64,000 nt of DNA from Candidatus Collierbacteria bacterium RIFOXYD2_FULL_45_13 (lineage in GTDB: Bacteria > Patescibacteriota > Microgenomatia > UBA1400 > MFAQ01). Below are positions 26,416 through 35,082 of the stretch, piece after piece (the first letter of the stretch is position 1; each line of letters begins with the position of its first letter). The notes below the pieces were generated by a model, which saw only the letters and a list, made by a program, of their open reading frames with translations, searched no databases and had not been told where the DNA came from. Made by a program: the position numbers and the translations under genes. The stretch lies in assembly GCA_001774685.1 (NCBI GenBank), contig MFAS01000001.1, forward strand, positions 223,557 to 287,556. Direction: 5' to 3'.

Positions 26416-27657
26416 TTATCTTAAATCAGAAACCACTAATTCCGCTATATCGTTACCAAGCTTCACCGCATAATTTGTTCCGCGATCAAAAGGATACACC
26501 ATACTCATGTTTGCTAAATAGACCCCCGAACCCAATCTGGAATTGGGGATCATCCGGGAGTAGTTCACCGGAAACACCGGCTGGGCAAACGGCTCTCTAA
26601 ACAGAAACGACTTCTTGATCAACCTTTTGTTGAAATGTGTATTAATTTTTTTAATAAATGGAGAATAGATTTTCAAGAGCTGTTCCTCGTTCATTTTGAG
26701 CTGTTTGTGTCCTTCCGGTAAATAATTCCCTAAATACACAAGCCTTTTCCCTCCATAGTGTTTTTTGTCTATCATGTTAGTGTGTTCCACCATGACTAAA
26801 AAAGGAAAGTCCTTCTCCAAAATATTCAGCCAGTATCCATTAATTAACTTTCTGGATGTTTCCAAAATCAGTGTTTGCCCCCACAGATAGTCTATCTCTG
26901 GAATCGTGAGGCCTCTCACCATTTTTGCTGCTATTGGTGCCGGCGTGGTAACCACCACTGAGTCAAATCTCTCACCATCTACCAATACTCCATCGCCATC
27001 TATTTCAATCCTTTCCACCATTACCCCTGTTCTAATTTCGCCTCCATGCCTTTTGATATACTCCTCAGTCTTTCTTATCAACCCCTCAAATCCTCCCTCA
27101 AAGTACCCCAGATTCTTGGTTCTCTTGGCTACACGGCTCCAAAACCAAGCTAGGTTAACTTCGTTTACATGTGGTCCGAACTTCGCCTTCAATAGTTTCT
27201 CCCAAACAACTTTGTAGCCCTCTCTCCCGAGCAGTTTGGGTAGAACCTCCACAGCGTGATATTTTTCCAGAAACATCCCATTGGGCAATAGCTTAAGAAG
27301 CATCAGCCCCATCCCCATGTGTAATCTTGCCCAAAGGCTAATACCGGAAAACTTCAAAAGAGAAATAGGGGAGTCGAGTGGTGTTTCCTTGCCATGGTAA
27401 TAGCTATTTGTTTGCGGATGCAGAATTAACGTCTTCGCTCCGACTTTCTTTGCGAGCTCTAAAACATCCTTATCATTCGTAAAAACATGATGATAAAAAT
27501 TCTCCAGGTTCCACCTCCACTCATCTTCACGAAATCCCCGTGCCAAACCTCCACACTCCTTTTTTGACTCAAATATCACCGGAGTTATACCCATGTCCAC
27601 CAGACGAACGGCACAACTCAAACCGGTAAACCCTCCCCCAATAACTGCTACGCGCAT
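26416..27657 (-). CDS. FAD-dependent oxidoreductase (amine oxidase/protoporphyrinogen oxidase-like)
   Basis: VIGGGFTGL, GGLA, FYHHVF, YPFDRGTN. Confidence 0.82.
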   Translation of the reverse strand: MRVAVIGGGFTGLSCAVRLVDMGITPVIFESKKECGGLARGFREDEWRWNLENFYHHVFTNDKDVLELAKKVGAKTLILHPQTNSYYHGKETPLDSPISLLKFSGISLWARLHMGMGLMLLKLLPNGMFLEKYHAVEVLPKLLGREGYKVVWEKLLKAKFGPHVNEVNLAWFWSRVAKRTKNLGYFEGGFEGLIRKTEEYIKRHGGEIRTGVMVERIEIDGDGVLVDGERFDSVVVTTPAPIAAKMVRGLTIPEIDYLWGQTLILETSRKLINGYWLNILEKDFPFLVMVEHTNMIDKKHYGGKRLVYLGNYLPEGHKQLKMNEEQLLKIYSPFIKKINTHFNKRLIKKSFLFREPFAQPVFPVNYSRMIPNSRLGSGVYLANMSMVYPFDRGTNYAVKLGNDIAELVVSDLR

Positions 27658-27661
27658 GTGT

Positions 27662-29059
27662 CTATAGCGCCAGAAGTATTCCGATAACTGCGAGCAGGAG
27701 GCCACCACCAAAAGCTGCCACACCAGGGAAGTCTAGAATGCCTGCATCCGGAAGAACTGTCGGTTGTGCTGCGGCTACATAAACCGTGGGTGCCACAGTA
27801 ATAGGTGTTTCTACAAACTCGGTCGGTTGCGCTGCTGCAGGTTGTGTAGCCGTTGCTCTTGCAGTAGGGCGCGCCGTTGGAGCTGCTGTTACTTGTGGGC
27901 AGACACAGTTGTCGGCATCCAAACAAGCTTCTTTCCTACACTTACTGGTAACCGAATCACAGGATAGTCCTGTCGTACACTCAGAGTCTGCGGTACAAGT
28001 GTGATTACATCCAACTACCGTACTCACTATCAAATCATTGGATGCTTCAAATGTGGTTCCTCCAGCCCCCACCACGGCGACATTCTTAACACTAAAGCCG
28101 TTTGTAGCCCCATCGCTGACTTTAACTCTAAATCCGAAGGTAGCAGTTTGACCGGCTTTTATAGTCAATCCTTTACAAGACATCAAACTATTGGCTGGAG
28201 TATAGGAACAACCAGCGCTCGCATCCATCAGCGTTAACAGGTCTTGGTGCTCACCATCAAGGGTGTCCGCAATAGTTACACCCGTTGCGTCCACTGCTCC
28301 GGTATTCGTAATTGCGATCGCGTAAACGAAGATCTGATTCTTGGAAACGGCATCAATTTCTGTGGTATAGGTATACCGTCCGGCCGAGTTACCAGAGTCA
28401 TTCTGATATGCTTTCTTGGTAACGGATATAGCATCTGCACAGACACTCGTGGCCGCACAAGACTTGGTTGTTGCTACTCCACATGAGTTAGTGCAGGTAG
28501 AAATAGTCGAAGCTGCTTTTCCACACTCCGTCGAACAGTCTGGGCTACAAGTGATAGTCGCAGTAGCTACACAAACAGAGGTCGTTGTTACGGTACAAGC
28601 TGTTGATCCTGAATAACAAACCGATATTCCGTCTGTTTTTTTACATCTTCCATCCTCCGTATCACACTTCAGTCCGGTACCGCAATTGATATCTGATGTA
28701 CAGGTAGCACACTCAACTCCAGGGGTCGTTGTCGGGCATTTAGTCATATCTTTGGTCCATTTCCCCCCGGCAGAAGGACAGCAAAAATCTGTTCCGCCAC
28801 ACGCAGCTACTCTGCCTGCATAAGTACAAATACTATCCTCCGAGCTTCCATCTGCTTCAGGAGGAGTGCAGTTCCGAAGCACTCCGTCGCTTCCGGGACA
28901 CTCTTCTTTACATCCAGCCGCACGAGGAATACTACCAGGGGCTGTCGGCACAATCCCTTGTCCGGTACTAAGTCTATAAGAGATATAGACAGCTCCAACC
29001 ACTACCAATGCCATAAGTATCATTGCGATTATGGCCAGTATATTTTTCTTTTTATTCAT
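27662..29059 (-). CDS. Cys-rich surface protein with DUF11-like Ig domain and LPDAG-TM tail
   Basis: N-terminal TM, many Cys modules, ITNTG..ATGVTIADTL, C-terminal VLPDAG + hydrophobic helix. Confidence 0.75.
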   Translation of the reverse strand: MNKKKNILAIIAMILMALVVVGAVYISYRLSTGQGIVPTAPGSIPRAAGCKEECPGSDGVLRNCTPPEADGSSEDSICTYAGRVAACGGTDFCCPSAGGKWTKDMTKCPTTTPGVECATCTSDINCGTGLKCDTEDGRCKKTDGISVCYSGSTACTVTTTSVCVATATITCSPDCSTECGKAASTISTCTNSCGVATTKSCAATSVCADAISVTKKAYQNDSGNSAGRYTYTTEIDAVSKNQIFVYAIAITNTGAVDATGVTIADTLDGEHQDLLTLMDASAGCSYTPANSLMSCKGLTIKAGQTATFGFRVKVSDGATNGFSVKNVAVVGAGGTTFEASNDLIVSTVVGCNHTCTADSECTTGLSCDSVTSKCRKEACLDADNCVCPQVTAAPTARPTARATATQPAAAQPTEFVETPITVAPTVYVAAAQPTVLPDAGILDFPGVAAFGGGLLLAVIGILLAL

Positions 29060-29064
29060 TATCT

Positions 29065-30549
29065 TTATGGCTTGGTGCTAACTAATCCTTCAAACTTTAT
29101 AGTGCCCGATTGAGTCACAGTGTAGTCATAATAAGGTTTCTTGTTCTCTGTATCCAGATATCCGGTACTAGCGTACTCCACTGGAGCTGCAGTCCCTACA
29201 GTTACTTTGAATTTGGCTTTCAGGTTTGCCATACTCGCGGTAATCACCAGTCTAATCTTGTCATTGATCTTTAGTGAACTCTTTTGGGTTTGTGTCATCG
29301 GTGTTGTGCTAAAAGTACCGTCTGCGTTCTGCGCATACAACTGTATCTCCATACAGGCACCTGCCGTCCCACCCCCAGTTCCCGGAGGTGTCGGTGTTGT
29401 TGTCGTTGTCGGGCAGCTCTTCACACAACAGTTAGCTACGCTTCTGGGTCTTAGTCCAGCTTCGCACTTCCCATTACTCACCATTTTAGAAATCCTACAG
29501 ATCGCCAGCCTGCCGCCACACCTTATCTCTCCCCCTCCACCCGTCCCCCCTGTTCCTCCACCGCCTACACCACCACCTCCACTCCCAGTCCCTCCCCCTC
29601 CTCCGGTAGAACCGCCTCCACTGCCAATAGGATAATATTCACAGTCACCCGCGACATAATATCCGTGCAGTGGGGGAAGATCACAGAATTCGGTATCTGA
29701 ACCTTGGTCAATACAGTCAGGTGTGGTACACTCACATCCTGCCGCGTCAGGGTTCTGAATACAACCTCCAGTAGGGGTCGGTACTTCGACGGGCGGAATA
29801 CCTCCTCCTGTATACGGAGTCGGTGTTGCCGTCGCTGTCGGAGGCTTTGGTGTTGCCGTCGGTGTCTTTGTTACGGTCGGTGATGCGGTTGGAGTACCTG
29901 GTGTTGCTGTCGGTGGACTTGGTGCTCTTGTCGCCACTACAGTTGGCGTCCTGGTAGGCGTTGGGGTTCCACACGTTTTGCCTGTGTTTTCCCAAGTTTC
30001 ACTACGACATATCTGCTCTTGACCATCTTTGCACCTGGTATGGCCTTCGTCGCTGCAGTAATTGGCCGCCATCGGCTCACTTTCCGGCGCCGTCGGGGCT
30101 ATTGCCTGTCGGCTACTAACTCTACTAGAAACTACATAAGCTCCTACTGCTGCACCAACTACCAAAAACAACGCAATCACGCCCATTAATACTTGAGGTA
30201 TTTTGCTTTTTGGTTTTTGATCCGGCCATTGCGCTTCCGGTTGAATTTCTTGTGAAGCCGAAGGAATCGAAGTGGTTGTCGTTGTAGTAGTTGCCTGCGG
30301 AGCCACCGTATCCGGAGTAGCAGTTGGCATTACTGTAGATGTCATTGTTTCGGAAGGAGTGGTGGTAGTAGTAGTTACCGGAGAAACAATGTCCTGAGAA
30401 GGACTCGGCATTACTGTCGAAGTCATTGTTTCTGATGGTGTTGTCGTGGTCGTTGTAGTTACCGGAGCGTCTAAACTTGGCTCGGGAATTATTGGATCCG
30501 ACGCAAGTGGCTGACTCGAAGATTGGTTCAAAGGATTTTGTGGGTCCAT
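29065..30549 (-). CDS. Thr/Pro/Gly- and Cys-rich membrane-anchored surface protein
   Basis: Low-complexity N-terminus, one TM, PT repeats, Cys modules, beta-rich C-terminus. Confidence 0.75.
   Translation of the reverse strand: MDPQNPLNQSSSQPLASDPIIPEPSLDAPVTTTTTTTPSETMTSTVMPSPSQDIVSPVTTTTTTPSETMTSTVMPTATPDTVAPQATTTTTTTSIPSASQEIQPEAQWPDQKPKSKIPQVLMGVIALFLVVGAAVGAYVVSSRVSSRQAIAPTAPESEPMAANYCSDEGHTRCKDGQEQICRSETWENTGKTCGTPTPTRTPTVVATRAPSPPTATPGTPTASPTVTKTPTATPKPPTATATPTPYTGGGIPPVEVPTPTGGCIQNPDAAGCECTTPDCIDQGSDTEFCDLPPLHGYYVAGDCEYYPIGSGGGSTGGGGGTGSGGGGVGGGGTGGTGGGGEIRCGGRLAICRISKMVSNGKCEAGLRPRSVANCCVKSCPTTTTTPTPPGTGGGTAGACMEIQLYAQNADGTFSTTPMTQTQKSSLKINDKIRLVITASMANLKAKFKVTVGTAAPVEYASTGYLDTENKKPYYDYTVTQSGTIKFEGLVSTKP
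30326..30467. repeat. intragenic tandem duplication encoding PVT(n)PSETMTSTVMP
   Basis: Copies at about 30326-30383 and 30407-30467, differing mainly at third codon positions. Confidence 0.75.
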
Positions 30550-30623
30550 CTCTGTGTATTGCGGTCCAATAAACTAGGACCTGCTTTCACTATATCTATT
30601 ATTTTTGTCAACGTCAACAATTT

Positions 30624-31730
30624 TTATAATGCCAGTAATATTCCCACTATTGCCAGTAACAGCCCACCTCCAAAAGCTGCCAATCCGGGCATATCCAAAA
30701 TTCCTGTTTCCGGTAATACGGTCGGCCGAGCAGTCACTTGAGCGATTGGTTTAGTTGTCGGCGATGTTGGTTGAGATGTCGGTGGTTCTGTCGGACCTGG
30801 GGCCTGGGGACAAACGCAGTTTTCCTCACCCATACAGGAAGCCTTTCGACATCTGTTTGTGGCTGTATCGCAAACCAACCCGGCAAAACATTCGGAATCT
30901 TTCGAACAGGATCCATTGCACGAAATATTTTTTGTATCACCTGGACAACTTTCAGTCGCCGGACATGTTTTATCGGTCGCTACACCGCAAGAATTGGTAC
31001 AGGAAATGGTTGAAGTAGCTTGTCCACACTCGGTAGGACACGTTGTCGAGCACGCTAATTCCCCCGTGACCACACAAGGTGGAGCGGTAGGAGAGGCGGT
31101 CGGAGATGCAGACGGAGTGGTGGTTGCCGTTGGGGTAGGAGTGGGAGTTGGTGTCGCTGTAGCTGTGGGGGTGGGTGTTCTGGTCGGTGTCGGTGTTCTG
31201 GTTTGACGTGGGCGAGGTGTGCCGGTATTTCCGCCGGTATCTGGAGTGCAGTATGCACTCGTTCCACTTCGTACACAGTGGTACTGTCTGGGGCAAATTG
31301 TATGGTAACAAGGATTCTGCCCACCAGTACCCTGACAAGTACAAGTGCTAGTGTCCGGCATATCTGGACACGAACATGATTTTGCCGGATCACTACAGTT
31401 TCCTCGCTCCGTTCCATCATAGCAACTCGAAGCTAATGGTTCGCTTTCCGGCGCTGTTGGGGCAACTGCTTGTCTGCTACTCACCCTACTCGATACTACA
31501 TATGCTCCCACCGCGGCACCAACTACCAAAAACAAAGCAATCACACCCATTAATATTTTTGGAACTTTACTGATTGGTTTTTGTTCCGGCCATTGGGTTT
31601 CTACTGGTGTTTCCTGACTCGCGGTGGGGATTGTTGTTGTGGTTGTTGTCGTCGTCATCATAGGAGCCGCTTCAGGAACCGGCATTAACGGCTGATTTGG
31701 GTCTTGGTTCAATGGATTCTGTGGGTCCAT
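30624..31730 (-). CDS. Cys-rich surface protein with LPETG-TM tail
   Basis: MDPQNPLNQ start shared with the 29065 gene; C-terminal half shared with the 27662 gene. Confidence 0.75.
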   Translation of the reverse strand: MDPQNPLNQDPNQPLMPVPEAAPMMTTTTTTTTIPTASQETPVETQWPEQKPISKVPKILMGVIALFLVVGAAVGAYVVSSRVSSRQAVAPTAPESEPLASSCYDGTERGNCSDPAKSCSCPDMPDTSTCTCQGTGGQNPCYHTICPRQYHCVRSGTSAYCTPDTGGNTGTPRPRQTRTPTPTRTPTPTATATPTPTPTPTATTTPSASPTASPTAPPCVVTGELACSTTCPTECGQATSTISCTNSCGVATDKTCPATESCPGDTKNISCNGSCSKDSECFAGLVCDTATNRCRKASCMGEENCVCPQAPGPTEPPTSQPTSPTTKPIAQVTARPTVLPETGILDMPGLAAFGGGLLLAIVGILLAL

Positions 31731-31731
31731 A

Positions 31732-33063
31732 TTATTTCGTCCACTTCTTTGACACACTGCCAATAAGCAGCATAAGAATTCCTAGAATTGCAAACCCTAA
31801 GGTGGTCGTTAGACCACCGGCGTCTGTCAAGTCTTCGGAGCTAGTGTCCGGCATGGATGTCGCCGGTGTGGGCGAGATCCCAATCAGACCTGTCGGTGTC
31901 GCTGAGGGTGTTGCGGTAAAGGCCGGCTGATTGCTTAACATTACCGTGAAGGTTCTCACTAATTTTTGTACTTGGTTGACACTGTCGGTATATTCCACTG
32001 TCAGTGTGTGTAGGCCTGGATCCAATTTCAGGGGTGGGGTCCACGTCCAGACACCATCACTACTTGCTTGAACTACTTGAACTTGCTCCACCGATTGGAG
32101 GGTTAGCTTTACCACGGACCCTGCCGGGGCTTTTCCTCGCAGCTCTGGCTTATCAGTTGCGATGATCTCTCCGTTTGTTGCCGGATTCAAAATTTTTACC
32201 GAAGAGGTGGCCTCCAACTGTTCAGTTAGGATCAGTATGTTCGCCTCCAACTGGAACCCGGCACCCGTCTGTGCACTAGGTGTTGCCCCCTCCAGTCCGG
32301 CTATTAGCTGACCAGTATCGGAAAAACTTTGATTCTTGCCCAGAACAATATCGGGAACTGGTTTTGCTTTGCTGGTGTCTGTCAGGGCGGTGGCCGTCCC
32401 GGTATTCCCCGCTCGGACAAAGATCGACAAAAGCGTTTTTTCCGGATCATAGGTCAAGACATTGCCACCCTCGTCCCGTGAGCTAGCCAAATTAAGCCGC
32501 CAAGTACCATCGGTCTTGGTGATGGTGGACAGGGCTTGGCCACCCTCCGCTTCTACAAAAACAATACTCCCGCTAACCGGATCTCCTGTATCACGGACCA
32601 CTTTCCCAAAGATGATATCCTCCGGTGGGGCAATCGCTTGTGCTGTCGTTCGAACTGAAAAAGGCTTACCGTTGTCATCATAAGTACCTGACCCGGAAAC
32701 GATTAGAAAATAATAGGTGGTGCTAGCAGCCAATCCTGATACATTGACGGTATGACTGTTATAACTTTGGGAAGTTCCGGAAATTTGATCTCGTACATCA
32801 CCGGCAGGAGTTACTATTTTTGCCGGATCTTGGGAATATTTGGTTAGACCGGTAAGAGGAGTATCGGTTGTCCAGCTGACACTAAAGGTGGTGGCATTTA
32901 GATTAGAAATCTTTAAGTTTTTCGGACTTTCCGACGGACCGGCTTTAGACTCCAGCCCTTGTCTCGTGTTTACCAGAATTACTCCGGCCACCAAACCAGC
33001 AATGAGAATAAATATTCCCAGCATCGTCGGTATTCGTTTGGACATGAGTCCTTTAGTGGCCAT
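31732..33063 (-). CDS. surface protein with FN3-like and Ig-like domains and LTDAG-TM tail
   Basis: P.NLKISN....FSVSW.T, H.V.V.GL...TTYYF, G.WTWTP...L.PG.H, C-terminal TM + KKWTK. Confidence 0.75.
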   Translation of the reverse strand: MATKGLMSKRIPTMLGIFILIAGLVAGVILVNTRQGLESKAGPSESPKNLKISNLNATTFSVSWTTDTPLTGLTKYSQDPAKIVTPAGDVRDQISGTSQSYNSHTVNVSGLAASTTYYFLIVSGSGTYDDNGKPFSVRTTAQAIAPPEDIIFGKVVRDTGDPVSGSIVFVEAEGGQALSTITKTDGTWRLNLASSRDEGGNVLTYDPEKTLLSIFVRAGNTGTATALTDTSKAKPVPDIVLGKNQSFSDTGQLIAGLEGATPSAQTGAGFQLEANILILTEQLEATSSVKILNPATNGEIIATDKPELRGKAPAGSVVKLTLQSVEQVQVVQASSDGVWTWTPPLKLDPGLHTLTVEYTDSVNQVQKLVRTFTVMLSNQPAFTATPSATPTGLIGISPTPATSMPDTSSEDLTDAGGLTTTLGFAILGILMLLIGSVSKKWTK

Positions 33064-33064
33064 T

Positions 33065-33373
33065 TTATTGTGGTGTAGTTATTGGCGCGGATTCTGTTGC
33101 TAACAACGGAGCGGTGGGTGACACTGTCACTTGCGGGGCTGTTACTAACCCGTCGATCTCCGCTTGAGTCACGAACGTCCTTTTATCCAAATTATTTATC
33201 ACTTTTTCATTAACGGTGCCATCGATTGGCTTTATTATTTCAATCTGTTCCGGGGTTAACTGTGTTTTTGTCGCGGCGGAAAATATCTGAAATGCCAGTA
33301 TTCCACCGACGATCGATAATCCCATGATACCTATTAATAATACATAAACAGAGAGTGTCTTTCTAGGGCGCAT
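33065..33373 (-). CDS. single-TM protein downstream of pilO (PilP position)
   Basis: AGGAGG SD, one N-terminal TM, gene context. Confidence 0.6.
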   Translation of the reverse strand: MRPRKTLSVYVLLIGIMGLSIVGGILAFQIFSAATKTQLTPEQIEIIKPIDGTVNEKVINNLDKRTFVTQAEIDGLVTAPQVTVSPTAPLLATESAPITTPQ

Positions 33374-33532
33374 ATCCCAACCTCCTTTCGTAGCGAAAGC
33401 CTGTATTTTCGAGCGAAAAGTGTGAAGTGGGACGAAGGTGTAATAAAAACATATTACATCTAGGAGCACTGAAGACTTTGCAGCTGAAAAGACAGGGTTG
33501 TAGCAGAATGCAGGTTGGGAGGTGCGACCTTA
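33364..33532. ncRNA. candidate rod-shaped structured RNA (6S-like or cis-regulatory)
   Basis: Nested inverted repeats: TCCCAACCT/AGGTTGGGA, CCTGTATTTTC/GAAAAGACAGG, AAAGT/ACTTT, AGTG/CACT, GGTGTAATA/TATTACATC. Confidence 0.5.
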
Positions 33533-33535
33533 ATT

Positions 33536-34192
33536 TCATGACTCTGAATAAAAATAAAAATAAACTAGACCATTTGCTTTGATGGTCTTGATCCCCTTAG
33601 TCGTCGTTGGTTCGGAGGATAGGGTGATACTATCCAGAATTGCCAGTCTGTCCAGGTTTTCCATTTCGTTTAGGAAGCCATCGATATTAGTCGGGTCTCC
33701 TGTTACCGTGAAAGACACACCCGTTTGGATGATATTGCTCGGGTTCTTTGTGAGGATTTTTAGCGACCAGTCACCAAACCCCTTTCCGTTACCAAACACT
33801 CTCACTCCTGGCACGCTCACTGTTTGCACTGTCAGTCCAAATCTCCTTGCAATCAGCTCTATCCTTCCAGCCATATCGTAATACGAGAACTCATTGGGAA
33901 TTGCTTCATCGAATAAATGCAGCTTATCTTGAAACTTGTTTATATCCGCCTGGGCGGCAAACACTTGAGCAATCTTGTTATCCGCCTTTTTGTTTACCGA
34001 GTCCAAATCCTCCACCTTTTTCTGCAACGAGGCCACGTTAGCAAGGGTTGGTCGAATGGCAGCAAATATTAGCAGGGTTACAGTAAACACCGAAAGGATT
34101 ACTTCCAGAGATGCCTTTACCTCCGGCCTTTGGTAAATCAGACTAATTCTCTGATAGAAAAGAGAATATTTTTCGTTGTTTATTAATGCCAT
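33536..34192 (-). CDS. PilO-like type IV pilus alignment protein
   Basis: TM, coiled coil, AIP motif, VTG....I..FL..MENLDRL. Confidence 0.7.
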   Translation of the reverse strand: MALINNEKYSLFYQRISLIYQRPEVKASLEVILSVFTVTLLIFAAIRPTLANVASLQKKVEDLDSVNKKADNKIAQVFAAQADINKFQDKLHLFDEAIPNEFSYYDMAGRIELIARRFGLTVQTVSVPGVRVFGNGKGFGDWSLKILTKNPSNIIQTGVSFTVTGDPTNIDGFLNEMENLDRLAILDSITLSSEPTTTKGIKTIKANGLVYFYFYSES

Positions 34193-34737
34193 TATTGAAA
34201 TGTAGTCTGAATATTAAACTTTACCGTCCCCGTTGTTTGATCAAAACTAGTCTCTTTCATTGATAGTCGGGCAACTCCGCGGAACTTTTTGAGACCCTGG
34301 AGCAGCTGAGCAAATCCCAACTCTGAGTCTGACTCTCCTACCAGTGCCATTCCGTTCTTGTCGATGATGAGCTTGTCCAGTCTGACACCGGCCGGCATAA
34401 CCCGGCTTAGCTCATCATATCTTTCGTTGAATTCCAAGTTTTTGGTCAGATATCCGTTTACTGGTGCTTGTTTTGCCAGAATTGTCCGCATGATTCTCTC
34501 TGTGTCGGAAAATGCCTGAATCTGAGCCTGTTTTTGGTCGACCTCTTCTTTTAGATCATTTACTTTCTTATCAAAGTAAAACCGTGACCCGAAAGCCAGT
34601 AACACCACAAACTCCGTTAGGACGACCAGGACTCTCCCGGAGGTCGTTGCCCACGTCAGAAACTTTCCCAAAGTTGAATAGTTAAAGCTATCTTTAGGTA
34701 GTAAGTTGATATGAAAAACACCTTGCTGGGCAGCCAC
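34192..34737 (-). CDS. PilN-like type IV pilus alignment protein
   Basis: INLLP motif, TM, coiled coil, MP.GV.L ferredoxin-like segment. Confidence 0.75.
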   Translation of the reverse strand: MAAQQGVFHINLLPKDSFNYSTLGKFLTWATTSGRVLVVLTEFVVLLAFGSRFYFDKKVNDLKEEVDQKQAQIQAFSDTERIMRTILAKQAPVNGYLTKNLEFNERYDELSRVMPAGVRLDKLIIDKNGMALVGESDSELGFAQLLQGLKKFRGVARLSMKETSFDQTTGTVKFNIQTTFQ

Positions 34738-34781
34738 ACTTTCAGTATATCAAAGCGGGGGAACGAAAAATACCTCTCGTC

Positions 34782-35018
34782 TTAAGCGGCCACTTTTTTG
34801 GAGAGTCTGGCCTTGATCCTGTCGGCTTTTCCCTTTTTGATGACTCCCTTTTTGGCGGCGCGGTCTACAGCCGAAAAGGCTTTACCAAGCGATTCTAATG
34901 ACAGTAGCTTTTTGAATTCATCTACAGCAGACTTAGCTTTGGTTTTGGTCGATCTGTTAAACGTGGCCTTTTTTTTGTCGGCTCTTAGTTTCTTGATTGC
35001 GGATTTGGTTATAGGCAT
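34782..35018 (-). CDS. rpsT: 30S ribosomal protein S20
   Basis: MPITKSAIK, VDRAAKKGVI..GKADR.KARL. Confidence 0.95.
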   Translation of the reverse strand: MPITKSAIKKLRADKKKATFNRSTKTKAKSAVDEFKKLLSLESLGKAFSAVDRAAKKGVIKKGKADRIKARLSKKVAA

Positions 35019-35082
35019 GCGCTTATTTTATCATGACCTTCTGCTTATGGCGCATCTATGTTTCCTGAATTAAAATAGCTAA

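Noticed and set aside
33364-33532. SRP RNA or c-di-GMP riboswitch identity for the rod structure
   Set aside because: The SRP helix-8 motif and GEMM motifs were not found on either strand.
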